Shown here: one piece after another, positions 1 to 10,500 of the stretch
How the letters are laid out: each line of letters opens with the position of its first letter
Numbering within the stretch: the stretch's first letter is position 1
Source: an uncultured Bacilli bacterium
Lineage (GTDB): Bacteria; Bacillota; UBA5301
Direction of reading: 5' to 3'
NCBI GenBank assembly: GCA_964483175.1
Contig: CAZAAT010000001.1
Location: 73,292-129,305 of the forward strand
DNA: 56,014 nt
Position numbers and translations under genes: made by a program
The notes under the pieces: model-generated
Database searches by the model: none
Seen by the model: only the letters and a program-made list of their open reading frames with translations
What the model was told of the DNA's origin: nothing

Positions 1-2753
1 GAAACCGCAACCTTCTGCCCGTTTTTGATGCCCTTCTCAGCTGCCAGATCCTCTCCGATTTCAGCAAACATGTACGGCATGACCTCGGCCAACCACGGGA
101 GGTTACGGGTCATCGCACCGGCCTGCCAATGCTCACAAACACGGTAAGTTGTGCCCACATATGGGAATTTATTGGCATCTCCCTGAGCATTCATCGGTGT
201 ATTCCAAATCCTCACTACCGGGTTGAGATTCACACCAGAGAGAATATTGCCGGTCGGGGTCTCCCATGGCTCATAGTGCTCGGGTAATGGGCCCTCGTTA
301 CAGGCCGAATATAGACATCCGACCCCCTCAGCCCTCATGATGTAGGCATTCTGGCCACCAGCTGAGTACGGTGAAGTTGTCACGCCAAAGTCAGGCACGT
401 CATAACCGACCCAACTGCCTCGCGCCTCATCCCACCAGATATTCGCCTTATCTTCTGCCCATGGTTGCCCATACGGATCGGCCGAACAACGGTTGTAGAT
501 GATCCGGCGGTTAACCGGCCAGGCAAAAGACCATTCGAGGTAGTTGCCTACGCCGCCTGGGTCGGTGGTATTACGCCGCTTGAGCATGTTACCGTCCTCA
601 GTATACTGACCGGCGTAAATCCACACGCCACAAACGGTAGTACCATCATCCTTAAGCGCACCAAACGTAGAAAGCTGCTTACCGGTGGTCAAATCATAAC
701 CATTGATCTCTTTGGCCACTTTATCGATGTCCGGATGGCTGCCTGTACCGTAATCCCAGAACATCTTGAGAATCGGCTCATCTTTCGGATCGGTGCTGCC
801 TTTGTACTTCTCCACGATCTTGTTGCGCAATTGATGGATGATCTCAAGGTCAGACCTGGAATCACCCTTGGGCTCGATAGCCTGCCAACGCCACTGGGCC
901 CACCGGCCGGAGTTGGCAACTGAGCCTTCTTTCTCGAATGAACCACAGGCCGGTAAGAAGAAGACCTCGGTCTTGATATTAGACGGATTGGCTCCTGGGC
1001 GCTTCCAGAAGGCTGCTGACTCATGCTCCCACAAGTCAACGACAACAAGCCAATCCAGATTCTCCATGGCTTTGCCCTCTTTGCCGGAGTTCGGTCCACC
1101 GACAACAGGGTTCTGACCCCACAAGAACAAGCCCTTGATGTCACCTTCGTACATCGCTTCAAACAAGGCAATATGCTCATAGTTCCGATTTGGATCCTTC
1201 TTTGGTAGCCACTGATAACCAAACTCGTTCTCAGCAGTTGCGTTCGGACCATAGAAGGCCTTGAGCATGCTCACCATGAACTTCGGCTTGTTGACCCAGT
1301 ACCCTGATTTCGGGGTCTCAGTCCTGAGATAATCATCCAGCGTTGCCATGGCCGGATTAGCAACTGCACAGTTTAAGTAACCAGGATATAGGTGCTGCAA
1401 CAGACCCATATCTGTTGATCCCTGCACGTTGGACTCGCCACGTAGCGCGTTAACGCCCCCGCCCGGAAGACCGGTGTTGCCTAATAGCAACTGCAAGATG
1501 GCGTAGCTGCGGACATTCTCAGTACCAACGGTATGCTGAGTGGTACCCATCGCGTACAGGATCGTACCCGTCTTATCCGGAGCACCCGTCGCACAATAGG
1601 CCTCGGCTACCTTGAGATAGACATCCTTCGGCGTACCGGTGATCCGACAAACGGTATCAACATCATAGCGGCTGTAATGACGCTTCAGAATCTGGAAAAC
1701 GCAGTTCGGATCCTGCATAGTCATATCCCGCTTGTAGTTGCCGTTCTCATCTACCTGATAGGACCACGTGCTGCGGTCATACTTACGGGTCTTCGGGTCA
1801 TAGCCGGTAAACAAACCATCGCTAAACCCAAAATCAGGGTTGACCAAGAAGGTAGCGTTGGTGTAGTTGACTACATAATCATACTGATACAACTCATTAT
1901 CCAGCGCATACTTGATCAAACCACCGATAAAAGCGATGTCGGTTCCGCTACGTAGCGGTGCGTAAATGTCAGACAGCGCTGAAGTCCGGGTAAAACGTGG
2001 ATCAACGTGGATGATCTTAGCTCCCCTCTTCTCCCGCGCTACGGTTAACCACTTAAAGGACATCGGGTGGTTTTCAGCAGCATTTGAACCGATGATCAAT
2101 GCTGCATCGGTGTTTTTCATGTCAATATAGTGATTGGTCATTGCTCCTCTGCCATACGTGGGCGCCAGACCGGCGACCGTAGAGGAGTGTCATATCCGGG
2201 CTTGGTGTTCTAAAAAGACAACACCAAGCATCCGAGCAAACTTGTGCAACAAGTAGCCCTCTTCGTTGTCAAGGGCCGCTCCGCCCATGTTTGCAATCGC
2301 ATGAGTCCGGTTGACGGTGATTCCGTTTTGCTCTCTCTCGAAATATTTGTCACGCGTCTCTTTGACCTTCTCAGCAATCCGATTGAGCATCCAATCCCAA
2401 TCTTTTTCCTCCCACCTGTCACTGCCGGCAGCGCGGTACATGGGCTTCGTAAACCGTTTCTCGCTCTCATATACCTGCCGAACAGCTGCGCCCTTGCTGC
2501 ATAGTGCCCCTTGGTTAATCGGATGATCCGGATCACCCTCGGAGCCAATGAGCTGACCGCCCTTGGTGTAGATTAAAATACCACAACCACAAGAGCAGTA
2601 TGGGCAAATAGTCGGGGTGGCCTGGCAGGACGCGATCTTTAGTGCGGGTACCTTGGCTTCTACGGTGTCAAGGTTGAATCCCAACTCCCGAACAAAGAGC
2701 GATCCTGCGGTCATCCCAGAGATTTTAAGAAAATCCCTACGACTAACTCGCAT
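1..2753 (-). CDS. fdhA: Formate dehydrogenase catalytic (molybdo/tungstopterin) alpha subunit, Tat-exported and selenocysteine-containing. Copy 1; the C-terminal ~75 codons lie left of the window.
   Basis: The N-terminus MRVSRRDFLK is a twin-arginine signal and CPYCSCGCG is a 4Fe-4S motif. An in-frame TGA at 2190..2192 sits in the context HQARI-U-HSSTVAG, typical of Sec FDHs. The sequence is nucleotide-identical to 4789..7541 of the complete copy. Confidence 0.85.
2144..2189 (-). promoter_or_regulatory. SECIS stem-loop directly 3' of the UGA of fdhA copy 1
   Basis: Identical to the element at 6932..6977; see that entry. Confidence 0.7.
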
Positions 2754-2966
2754 CTTGAGACTCCACTCCTTTCTCTATTACAACCACCGAAAAAAAGCAA
2801 TAAAAAACATTCACCTCCCCTACTGTTACATCGGTGGTCTTCTACGCCAAAACTCGCTAGAACCAATCGAGCTTTCTAATATTTACTGCAAAGCTATTTA
2901 CTGGAAAAATGGTGGTGGGTGCCAATGATGTGAACCAATCGTTACCAATATAACAAATAACGCACC

Positions 2967-2996
2967 ATTCTAACCACAAAATATTCACCAAATCAA
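2967..2996 (-). promoter_or_regulatory. Candidate sigma-A type promoter upstream of fdhA copy 1
   Basis: On the minus strand: TTGATT (2996..2991), an 18-nt spacer, then TAGAAT (2972..2967). It lies between the fdhC terminator and the fdhA copy 1 RBS. Confidence 0.35.
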
Positions 2997-3015
2997 TCCG
3001 TATTCCTTTTTTTGG

Positions 3016-3052
3016 TAAAATAAAAATAGGGCCCTATCGTTAAATAGGGCCC
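3016..3052 (-). terminator. Rho-independent terminator after fdhC
   Basis: On the minus strand, GGGCCCTAT-ttaacg-ATAGGGCCC forms a perfect 9-bp stem. It is followed by TATTTTTATTTT. Confidence 0.85.
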
Positions 3053-3074
3053 TTGCAGGTCTTACTTTTTTAAC

Positions 3075-3767
3075 TTAAGCGTCTTTGCCGGTTACACGGC
3101 GGTACCACTTCGGATAGTGTGCCTTCGCGAATTCTTCATCAACCCAGCCACTGGTAATGCCCTTAAGCGCAGCCCGCATTTTGGGATGAACCAAACTTAA
3201 GAACATATGAACCATCAGCATACAGGTCATGAACATCCAGCTTAAATCGTGAACTGGGTAGGCAGCCAGGACCAACCAAGTCGGGAAGACATTCGGCAGC
3301 CACATAATCAATCCGCTGAGGCTGAGAGTAACCAAGGTGATAATGGTTAACAGAGAGTTGATCTTCTCACCGGCATTGATAAAGTCAGCCTCCGGCAGAT
3401 CTTTACCATGGCGCCCCATGAACTCGGTTAAGACGTACTTGGGCATAAAAGCGATATCTTCGCCTTTCCAAGTAAAGGTCACTCTTAACCAGTCCTTCGT
3501 TGGCTTGCCACCACCGACAAGGAGGATCAGCAAGGCAAACAAGGCATATGGGACCGAAATCACACGGTGAATAATCCTGGCGTTTTGGATTCCGCCAAAG
3601 AGAGCGCCAATCCAACTAGTAGCAGGAACATAGATGGCCAACCCAGTTAACAGTAGGAGTAGGAAGGTAACGGTATGGATCCAGTGCGCAGCTACTTGCG
3701 CCTTGGTAAACCGGTAAACCATTCCGTTCTTTACTGAACCGATTTGCGGCTCTTTTGCTCTAGCCAT
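3075..3767 (-). CDS. fdhC: Formate dehydrogenase gamma subunit, membrane cytochrome b (FdnI / Ni-hydrogenase b-type cytochrome family)
   Basis: 230 aa with four or five hydrophobic helices carrying conserved His residues. Its start abuts the fdhB stop (TAAATG), and GGGGGAG provides an RBS. Confidence 0.75.
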   Translation of the reverse strand: MARAKEPQIGSVKNGMVYRFTKAQVAAHWIHTVTFLLLLLTGLAIYVPATSWIGALFGGIQNARIIHRVISVPYALFALLILLVGGGKPTKDWLRVTFTWKGEDIAFMPKYVLTEFMGRHGKDLPEADFINAGEKINSLLTIITLVTLSLSGLIMWLPNVFPTWLVLAAYPVHDLSWMFMTCMLMVHMFLSLVHPKMRAALKGITSGWVDEEFAKAHYPKWYRRVTGKDA

Positions 3768-4562
3768 TTATTTCACTCCCCCTTCTACATGAACTGGAGG
3801 GTCCTTCGGCTTCTGCACGAAGTTAAACCATGCAGCCACCAATAGCAACACTAACGTACCACCGAGAGCAATATTACCAACCGGGCGGGCAAAATTCTGC
3901 CAGAATTTGACCTGCCACGGTACCTGGGTACCATGTGGCGGCAGTCCGTAAACAGACGGGTCCTCGGTCAAGATATACAGGACCGTCCCACCAGCCTCTT
4001 CGTTGCCATAGATGGTCGCGTTCGGATAACTGCGTTTCACCACGGCTAGCCGTTTATGGGCAGCTACTTCCATGTCCCGCCGCTCACCAAATTGAATAGC
4101 TCCGGTCGGGCAGGTTTTGGAACACGCTGGCGTTAGGCCGTTTTCGACCCGGCTCACACATAAACTGCACTTTGAGCACTTATGGCTAACAGGGTCAACC
4201 CGTGGAACCTCAAAAGGACAGTTTTGGGTGCAATAACCACAACCGATACACATCTCTTGGTTGATATAGACCGCACCGGCAGGGCTTCGCTGAATCGCAT
4301 TTTGTGGACAAACCATAATACAAGCCGCTTCAGTACAGTGCATACATTGACGCTTGCCGAAGATCCAATCTACCCGGCCGTCTTTGACCACCTCGGTCAT
4401 CTTAACCACGGTATAGGTCTGGGTGGCAAAGTCCTCTTTGGTCTGGTATGAACCGTTAAACGGCTGAATATCGGCTTCTAAGTCATTCCAGTTCTTACAG
4501 GCCACCTCACAGCCACGGCAGGCCATACACTTGGTGGAGTCAATAAACATGGTTTTTGCCAT
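3768..4562 (-). CDS. fdhB: Formate dehydrogenase beta subunit, 4x[4Fe-4S] ferredoxin-type with a C-terminal membrane anchor
   Basis: Several CxxCxxCxxxC(P) motifs are present (CMACRGCEVAC, CMHCTEAAC..CP, CIGCGYCTQNCP, CSKCSLC..C). The C-terminal helix is GGTLVLLLVAAWFNFV. The start abuts the fdhA stop. Confidence 0.85.
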   Translation of the reverse strand: MAKTMFIDSTKCMACRGCEVACKNWNDLEADIQPFNGSYQTKEDFATQTYTVVKMTEVVKDGRVDWIFGKRQCMHCTEAACIMVCPQNAIQRSPAGAVYINQEMCIGCGYCTQNCPFEVPRVDPVSHKCSKCSLCVSRVENGLTPACSKTCPTGAIQFGERRDMEVAAHKRLAVVKRSYPNATIYGNEEAGGTVLYILTEDPSVYGLPPHGTQVPWQVKFWQNFARPVGNIALGGTLVLLLVAAWFNFVQKPKDPPVHVEGGVK

Positions 4563-7541
4563 TTATTCCACCCCCCTAATGTTCACAAGGAAGGCCTTGT
4601 ATTCTGGGATCATCGTATTACCATCCCCGATATGCGGCGTCAAGATATTGGCCGTCGCACCGGTGGCGATACCCTGGAAACCAAAGTGCCACGGTAAGCC
4701 AACATGGTGGACTTTCTTGCCGTTAACCTCCATCGCCTTCATCCGCTTGGTCACCAAAGCGTAGCACTCGATCTCGCCACGAGCTGACGAAACCGCAACC
4801 TTCTGCCCGTTTTTGATGCCCTTCTCAGCTGCCAGATCCTCTCCGATTTCAGCAAACATGTACGGCATGACCTCGGCCAACCACGGGAGGTTACGGGTCA
4901 TCGCACCGGCCTGCCAATGCTCACAAACACGGTAAGTTGTGCCCACATATGGGAATTTATTGGCATCTCCCTGAGCATTCATCGGTGTATTCCAAATCCT
5001 CACTACCGGGTTGAGATTCACACCAGAGAGAATATTGCCGGTCGGGGTCTCCCATGGCTCATAGTGCTCGGGTAATGGGCCCTCGTTACAGGCCGAATAT
5101 AGACATCCGACCCCCTCAGCCCTCATGATGTAGGCATTCTGGCCACCAGCTGAGTACGGTGAAGTTGTCACGCCAAAGTCAGGCACGTCATAACCGACCC
5201 AACTGCCTCGCGCCTCATCCCACCAGATATTCGCCTTATCTTCTGCCCATGGTTGCCCATACGGATCGGCCGAACAACGGTTGTAGATGATCCGGCGGTT
5301 AACCGGCCAGGCAAAAGACCATTCGAGGTAGTTGCCTACGCCGCCTGGGTCGGTGGTATTACGCCGCTTGAGCATGTTACCGTCCTCAGTATACTGACCG
5401 GCGTAAATCCACACGCCACAAACGGTAGTACCATCATCCTTAAGCGCACCAAACGTAGAAAGCTGCTTACCGGTGGTCAAATCATAACCATTGATCTCTT
5501 TGGCCACTTTATCGATGTCCGGATGGCTGCCTGTACCGTAATCCCAGAACATCTTGAGAATCGGCTCATCTTTCGGATCGGTGCTGCCTTTGTACTTCTC
5601 CACGATCTTGTTGCGCAATTGATGGATGATCTCAAGGTCAGACCTGGAATCACCCTTGGGCTCGATAGCCTGCCAACGCCACTGGGCCCACCGGCCGGAG
5701 TTGGCAACTGAGCCTTCTTTCTCGAATGAACCACAGGCCGGTAAGAAGAAGACCTCGGTCTTGATATTAGACGGATTGGCTCCTGGGCGCTTCCAGAAGG
5801 CTGCTGACTCATGCTCCCACAAGTCAACGACAACAAGCCAATCCAGATTCTCCATGGCTTTGCCCTCTTTGCCGGAGTTCGGTCCACCGACAACAGGGTT
5901 CTGACCCCACAAGAACAAGCCCTTGATGTCACCTTCGTACATCGCTTCAAACAAGGCAATATGCTCATAGTTCCGATTTGGATCCTTCTTTGGTAGCCAC
6001 TGATAACCAAACTCGTTCTCAGCAGTTGCGTTCGGACCATAGAAGGCCTTGAGCATGCTCACCATGAACTTCGGCTTGTTGACCCAGTACCCTGATTTCG
6101 GGGTCTCAGTCCTGAGATAATCATCCAGCGTTGCCATGGCCGGATTAGCAACTGCACAGTTTAAGTAACCAGGATATAGGTGCTGCAACAGACCCATATC
6201 TGTTGATCCCTGCACGTTGGACTCGCCACGTAGCGCGTTAACGCCCCCGCCCGGAAGACCGGTGTTGCCTAATAGCAACTGCAAGATGGCGTAGCTGCGG
6301 ACATTCTCAGTACCAACGGTATGCTGAGTGGTACCCATCGCGTACAGGATCGTACCCGTCTTATCCGGAGCACCCGTCGCACAATAGGCCTCGGCTACCT
6401 TGAGATAGACATCCTTCGGCGTACCGGTGATCCGACAAACGGTATCAACATCATAGCGGCTGTAATGACGCTTCAGAATCTGGAAAACGCAGTTCGGATC
6501 CTGCATAGTCATATCCCGCTTGTAGTTGCCGTTCTCATCTACCTGATAGGACCACGTGCTGCGGTCATACTTACGGGTCTTCGGGTCATAGCCGGTAAAC
6601 AAACCATCGCTAAACCCAAAATCAGGGTTGACCAAGAAGGTAGCGTTGGTGTAGTTGACTACATAATCATACTGATACAACTCATTATCCAGCGCATACT
6701 TGATCAAACCACCGATAAAAGCGATGTCGGTTCCGCTACGTAGCGGTGCGTAAATGTCAGACAGCGCTGAAGTCCGGGTAAAACGTGGATCAACGTGGAT
6801 GATCTTAGCTCCCCTCTTCTCCCGCGCTACGGTTAACCACTTAAAGGACATCGGGTGGTTTTCAGCAGCATTTGAACCGATGATCAATGCTGCATCGGTG
6901 TTTTTCATGTCAATATAGTGATTGGTCATTGCTCCTCTGCCATACGTGGGCGCCAGACCGGCGACCGTAGAGGAGTGTCATATCCGGGCTTGGTGTTCTA
7001 AAAAGACAACACCAAGCATCCGAGCAAACTTGTGCAACAAGTAGCCCTCTTCGTTGTCAAGGGCCGCTCCGCCCATGTTTGCAATCGCATGAGTCCGGTT
7101 GACGGTGATTCCGTTTTGCTCTCTCTCGAAATATTTGTCACGCGTCTCTTTGACCTTCTCAGCAATCCGATTGAGCATCCAATCCCAATCTTTTTCCTCC
7201 CACCTGTCACTGCCGGCAGCGCGGTACATGGGCTTCGTAAACCGTTTCTCGCTCTCATATACCTGCCGAACAGCTGCGCCCTTGCTGCATAGTGCCCCTT
7301 GGTTAATCGGATGATCCGGATCACCCTCGGAGCCAATGAGCTGACCGCCCTTGGTGTAGATTAAAATACCACAACCACAAGAGCAGTATGGGCAAATAGT
7401 CGGGGTGGCCTGGCAGGACGCGATCTTTAGTGCGGGTACCTTGGCTTCTACGGTGTCAAGGTTGAATCCCAACTCCCGAACAAAGAGCGATCCTGCGGTC
7501 ATCCCAGAGATTTTAAGAAAATCCCTACGACTAACTCGCAT
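4563..7541 (-). CDS. fdhA: Formate dehydrogenase alpha subunit, Tat-exported and selenocysteine-containing. Complete copy 2: 992 codons including one UGA-Sec.
   Basis: ORF-track pieces 6978..7541 and 4563..6929 share one frame (2979 nt = 993 codons) and are joined across the TGA at 6978..6980. The read-through translation is ...LEHQARI-U-HSSTVAGLAPTYGRGAMTNHY... A Tat signal, a Cys cluster and a SECIS hairpin are all present. Confidence 0.9.
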
Positions 7542-7567
7542 CTTGAGACTCCACTCCTTTCTCTATT
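4789..7567. repeat. Right copy of the perfect long direct repeat (partner 1..2779)
   Basis: See the entry for 1..2779. Confidence 0.95.
6932..6977 (-). promoter_or_regulatory. Bacterial SECIS element for UGA-Sec decoding in fdhA copy 2
   Basis: The mRNA 3' of the UGA reads CA-CUCCUCU-ACG-GUCGCC-GGUCU-GGCGCC-CACGUAUGGC-AGAGGAG. The lower stem CUCCUCU/AGAGGAG is 7 bp. The upper stem closes an apical GGUCU loop resembling the E. coli fdhF SECIS apex. Confidence 0.7.
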
Positions 7568-7834
7568 TAAGACTCGCGGTTCCGATAATTGCTATGTTCA
7601 CCTCCTACTGGCAGAACCGTGCGAATCAAAATCAGGTTAACGCGGCAAACTAATACATCTACATTCTATACGTCTTGTGAGCAAAACCCAATGAAAAATC
7701 CTGGCAGTAGTCTGAATTTTCTGAATTATTCTGGTCGCTACCTGCTGAGTTGCCCCTTCTTTTCGATGCTATATATATTCTAAGGCTCCTGCGAATTTCC
7801 TCTTTTAACACTCCGACAAATTTTGAAATTCGTG

Positions 7835-7885
7835 GGAAAAATAACGAAACTAGAAGGGGGCCGTTACTCTTCGGCCCCCCCTTCT
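7835..7885 (-). terminator. Rho-independent terminator after fdhE
   Basis: On the minus strand, AGAAGGGGGGGCCG-aagagtaa-CGGCCCCCTTCT is followed by AGTTTCGTTATTTTT. Confidence 0.75.
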
Positions 7886-7907
7886 CATATGATTATATAT
7901 TCACTTT

Positions 7908-8756
7908 TTATTGATTAGCCAAATCGGGATCCTGCGTATACCCCTCTTTCTGAGCTAGCAGGTCCAGATCTATCGTAAGTAAATCATCTAGTAACAAGTA
8001 AGGTTGGGTACTTAGTTCTCGAGCATCCAACGTCTTTATATAACCTTTGCACTTCAAGCAGACATCAATTTGGTATTGACTCTCCTCGATCTCTAAATAA
8101 CGCAAATGCTCGTGGTCAGCGGCGCAATACGGACACTCCAAGCGCTTGTACTTCCAGACTGTATCACAAAGCGAACAATATAAACTGCGTTTGCCTCCCT
8201 CGCCATCTAACTTGGCCATCCGCCCCGGAGTTCCACAAATCGGACACTGGGGATCGGCCCAAGCTTCTTCTTTGGCCAGTGGGCGCATTGGCTCAGCATA
8301 AGCGATGTAGAATGGGCGCAGTCCGTTAAAGACTAAAAAAGCGAACAACCCTTCATTAACATCAAGTTCATTGGCTTTTTCCACAATATCGCCATGTTTT
8401 TCGGCCGCAAACAATTGGATTAAGTCTTGGTAGTCGTCTTCCTTTAACCCGCCTACGATCTTTTCCAGTTCGGCTTCTGTTTCTGGCCGATGTTCCCGGA
8501 CGACCTCAACCAGCTTGGCAAAGAGAGATTGAAATTGCTTGACATCGACCTTAACCGGCCATTCCCGAACGAGGGGCATATGGTTTACCAGCATCCTCTC
8601 CGCCTCTTTTTCTGTCGGAATCACTTCCGGCTCCGGTTGCTTGTTCGCCACTTTGATCTGCTCTTTGAGAATATCCCGGTGAAACCGCAAAATCTCTGCA
8701 AGCTCCGGATTCTTTTCAATGGCTTGATCAAACTTTTTTAAAATCCCCTTATCCAT
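7908..8756 (-). CDS. fdhE: FdhE-like formate dehydrogenase accessory/maturation protein
   Basis: 282 aa with four CxxC motifs in the C-terminal half (CPICG, CSLCD, CPYCA, CLKCKG). It lies directly upstream of the FDH structural genes. Confidence 0.7.
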   Translation of the reverse strand: MDKGILKKFDQAIEKNPELAEILRFHRDILKEQIKVANKQPEPEVIPTEKEAERMLVNHMPLVREWPVKVDVKQFQSLFAKLVEVVREHRPETEAELEKIVGGLKEDDYQDLIQLFAAEKHGDIVEKANELDVNEGLFAFLVFNGLRPFYIAYAEPMRPLAKEEAWADPQCPICGTPGRMAKLDGEGGKRSLYCSLCDTVWKYKRLECPYCAADHEHLRYLEIEESQYQIDVCLKCKGYIKTLDARELSTQPYLLLDDLLTIDLDLLAQKEGYTQDPDLANQ

Positions 8757-8788
8757 TTGATCCCCTCCTTGATCTTTGGCCTTACAGA

Positions 8789-10147
8789 CTAGTTGCGCAA
8801 TCCCTGTAGTGGAGCTGGAATACGCCCGCCCCGGGCAATGAAGGCTGCAGGACTCTCCGAATTAATTTCCATCACCGGAGCTCTGCCGAGTAATCCGCCA
8901 AACTCCACCCACTCTCCGCTCTTTTTTCCCGGTGCTGGAATCAGCCTGACAGCTGTTGTTTTATTATTAATTACTCCAATTGCAATTTCATCGGCGATAA
9001 TACCCGAAATCACCTCGGCCGGGGTATCTCCCGGAATAGCAATCATATCTAAGCCCACTGAGCAGACCGCGGTCATGGCCTCAAGTTTACTAAGCGTCAA
9101 ACTTCCACATCGAACCGCCTTAATCATTCCGGCATCTTCACTAACGGGAATAAATGCCCCGCTAAGTCCGCCCACATATGAGGAGGCCATCGCCCCACCC
9201 TTTTTTACTGCATCGTTAAGCAGCGCTAATGCAGCCGTAGTCCCCGCTGATCCGGTACAGGACAATCCCATCGCCTCCAAAATTTCGGCTACACTATCCC
9301 CGACCAACGGGGTTGGGGCCAAAGAAAGATCAAGAATGCCAAATTCCACCCCAAGCTCCTGAGCTGCCCGCCTACCGACAAATTCCCCGGCCCGGGTAAT
9401 TTTATAAGCGGCTCGTTTGATTACTTCACTGAGCTTACCAAAGGGAACCGGACCGGCTCCGCGAACCGCCTCCAGTACAACGCCAGGGCCACTAACTCCA
9501 ACATTGATCACATTCTCTGTCTCTTCTAAACCATGGATAGCCCCTGCCATAAATGGATTATCCCCCGGCATATTAGCGAAGACCACCAATTTAGCACAGC
9601 CTATACCATCCCTTTGTTGGGTTAGTTCTGCGGTCTGTTTGATGGTCTGTCCCATTTGGGCTACCATATCCATATTTATCCCAGCTTTAGTACTGGCCAA
9701 ATCGATAGAAGAACAGACCCGATCAGTTACAGACAAAACTCGCGGTATTGACGCGATTAAGCGCTTATCCCCCGGGGTTGCACCTTTGGCCACCAGGGCC
9801 GAATAGCCGCCGATAAAATCGATGCCAACATTTTTCGCCGCCCGGTCCAGGGCTAACCCGATCTCATCCGGCTCTTCGGAAAAAGAATCGGCCAAAAACG
9901 CTACAGGGGTAACTGAGACCCTTTTATTGATAATGGGAATCCCGTACTCTGCTTCGATTTGCTTGGCTACCGGCACCAATCGTTCCGCAGTATGGCAGAT
10001 CTTATCATAAACCTTCGCTGCACACTGGGAAGCAGACTGTGCGGTGCAATCACGCAGGCTAACGCCGAGGGTGATAGTTCGGACATCCAAGTTTTCAAAC
10101 TCGACCATCCGGATCGTTTCGACAATTTCTTTAGGCGATAGCGGCAT
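8789..10147 (-). CDS. UPF0210 / DUF711 family protein
   Basis: The N-terminus ...[23 protein letters not shown]...INKRVSVTP matches my memory of the UPF0210 family. It is paired with an upstream ACT-domain gene, as is usual for this family. Confidence 0.75.
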   Translation of the reverse strand: MPLSPKEIVETIRMVEFENLDVRTITLGVSLRDCTAQSASQCAAKVYDKICHTAERLVPVAKQIEAEYGIPIINKRVSVTPVAFLADSFSEEPDEIGLALDRAAKNVGIDFIGGYSALVAKGATPGDKRLIASIPRVLSVTDRVCSSIDLASTKAGINMDMVAQMGQTIKQTAELTQQRDGIGCAKLVVFANMPGDNPFMAGAIHGLEETENVINVGVSGPGVVLEAVRGAGPVPFGKLSEVIKRAAYKITRAGEFVGRRAAQELGVEFGILDLSLAPTPLVGDSVAEILEAMGLSCTGSAGTTAALALLNDAVKKGGAMASSYVGGLSGAFIPVSEDAGMIKAVRCGSLTLSKLEAMTAVCSVGLDMIAIPGDTPAEVISGIIADEIAIGVINNKTTAVRLIPAPGKKSGEWVEFGGLLGRAPVMEINSESPAAFIARGGRIPAPLQGLRN

Positions 10148-10156
10148 GCCAACCTC

Positions 10157-10495
10157 CTAAACTGTATGCATAAAATCAAAGACTTCTTCTTTATGGATAT
10201 AGATTTTAACTCTCAACCGCTCGGCCTCTGAATTCAGCAAGCTGCTCAGCTCCTGAAAGCTGCAGGTCATCTCGGATAAATCAACAATCATGTTCATTGT
10301 GAATAGCTCTTGCAGAACCTGTTGGCTAATATCGGCGATGTTAACCTGCTGCTCAGCCAGGACTCGGGAAACCCCCGCGATAATACCAACCCGATCCTTA
10401 CCGATGACGGTTACTACTCCACGCTCAGAGTGAACCTCCGGTTCGGTCAGGGACTTTAAAACAGATAATGTCTCTGCCCTATCGGTCATGCTCAC
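10157..10495 (-). CDS. ACT-domain protein, UPF0237 family
   Basis: VVTVIGKDRVGIIAGVS...ISQQVLQELFTM is an ACT-domain signature. This is the conserved partner of UPF0210. Confidence 0.7.
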   Translation of the reverse strand: MSMTDRAETLSVLKSLTEPEVHSERGVVTVIGKDRVGIIAGVSRVLAEQQVNIADISQQVLQELFTMNMIVDLSEMTCSFQELSSLLNSEAERLRVKIYIHKEEVFDFMHTV

Positions 10496-10500
10496 ACCCC

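Larger units (their letters stand above)
1..2779. repeat. Left copy of a perfect long direct repeat (partner 4789..7567), truncated by the window edge
   Basis: The offset is exactly 4788. Four pairs of ORF-track translations are identical (465/5253, 689/5477, 1533/6321, 2190/6978). Direct reading shows identity ending at 2779 versus 7567, where 2780 is a and 7568 is t. Confidence 0.95.

Noticed and set aside
465-2548. Plus- and minus-strand ORFs of 61-187 aa inside fdhA (465..923, 689..1252, 838..1116, 1533..1955 and others, with duplicates at +4788)
   Set aside because: They lie in alternative frames or antisense to a well-supported 992-codon gene and have low-complexity, Arg/Ser/Pro-rich translations. 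They are shadow ORFs. Similar shadow ORFs inside UPF0210, gyrA, gyrB, recF, dnaA, mnmG, dnaB, atpF and other genes were ignored for the same reason.
2780-2815. A 10-codon mini-ORF (MFFIAFFRWL) on the minus strand ending exactly at the repeat junction, preceded by GGGGAGGTGA
   Set aside because: The SD-to-ATG spacing is only about 3 nt, and nothing else supports a leader peptide. It is probably coincidental.
4563-6929. A 788-aa ORF (MTNHYIDMK...) with an apparent AGAGGAG RBS, which looks like an independent FDH large-subunit gene
   Set aside because: It is in frame with 6978..7541 across a single TGA, and the residues between them read as a Sec active site. The apparent RBS is the 3' arm of the SECIS lower stem. 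I merged it into one selenoprotein gene; the same applies to copy 1.
7568-7907. The long leader of fdhA copy 2. I suspected a Moco/Tuco-type riboswitch, and there is a 9/10 complementary pair (7605..7614 with 7701..7710) next to an AGGAGG.
   Set aside because: I cannot reproduce the Moco motif consensus from memory well enough to score it, and the pairing is weak. A covariance-model scan (Rfam Moco_RNA_motif) would decide. It is not reported as a feature.
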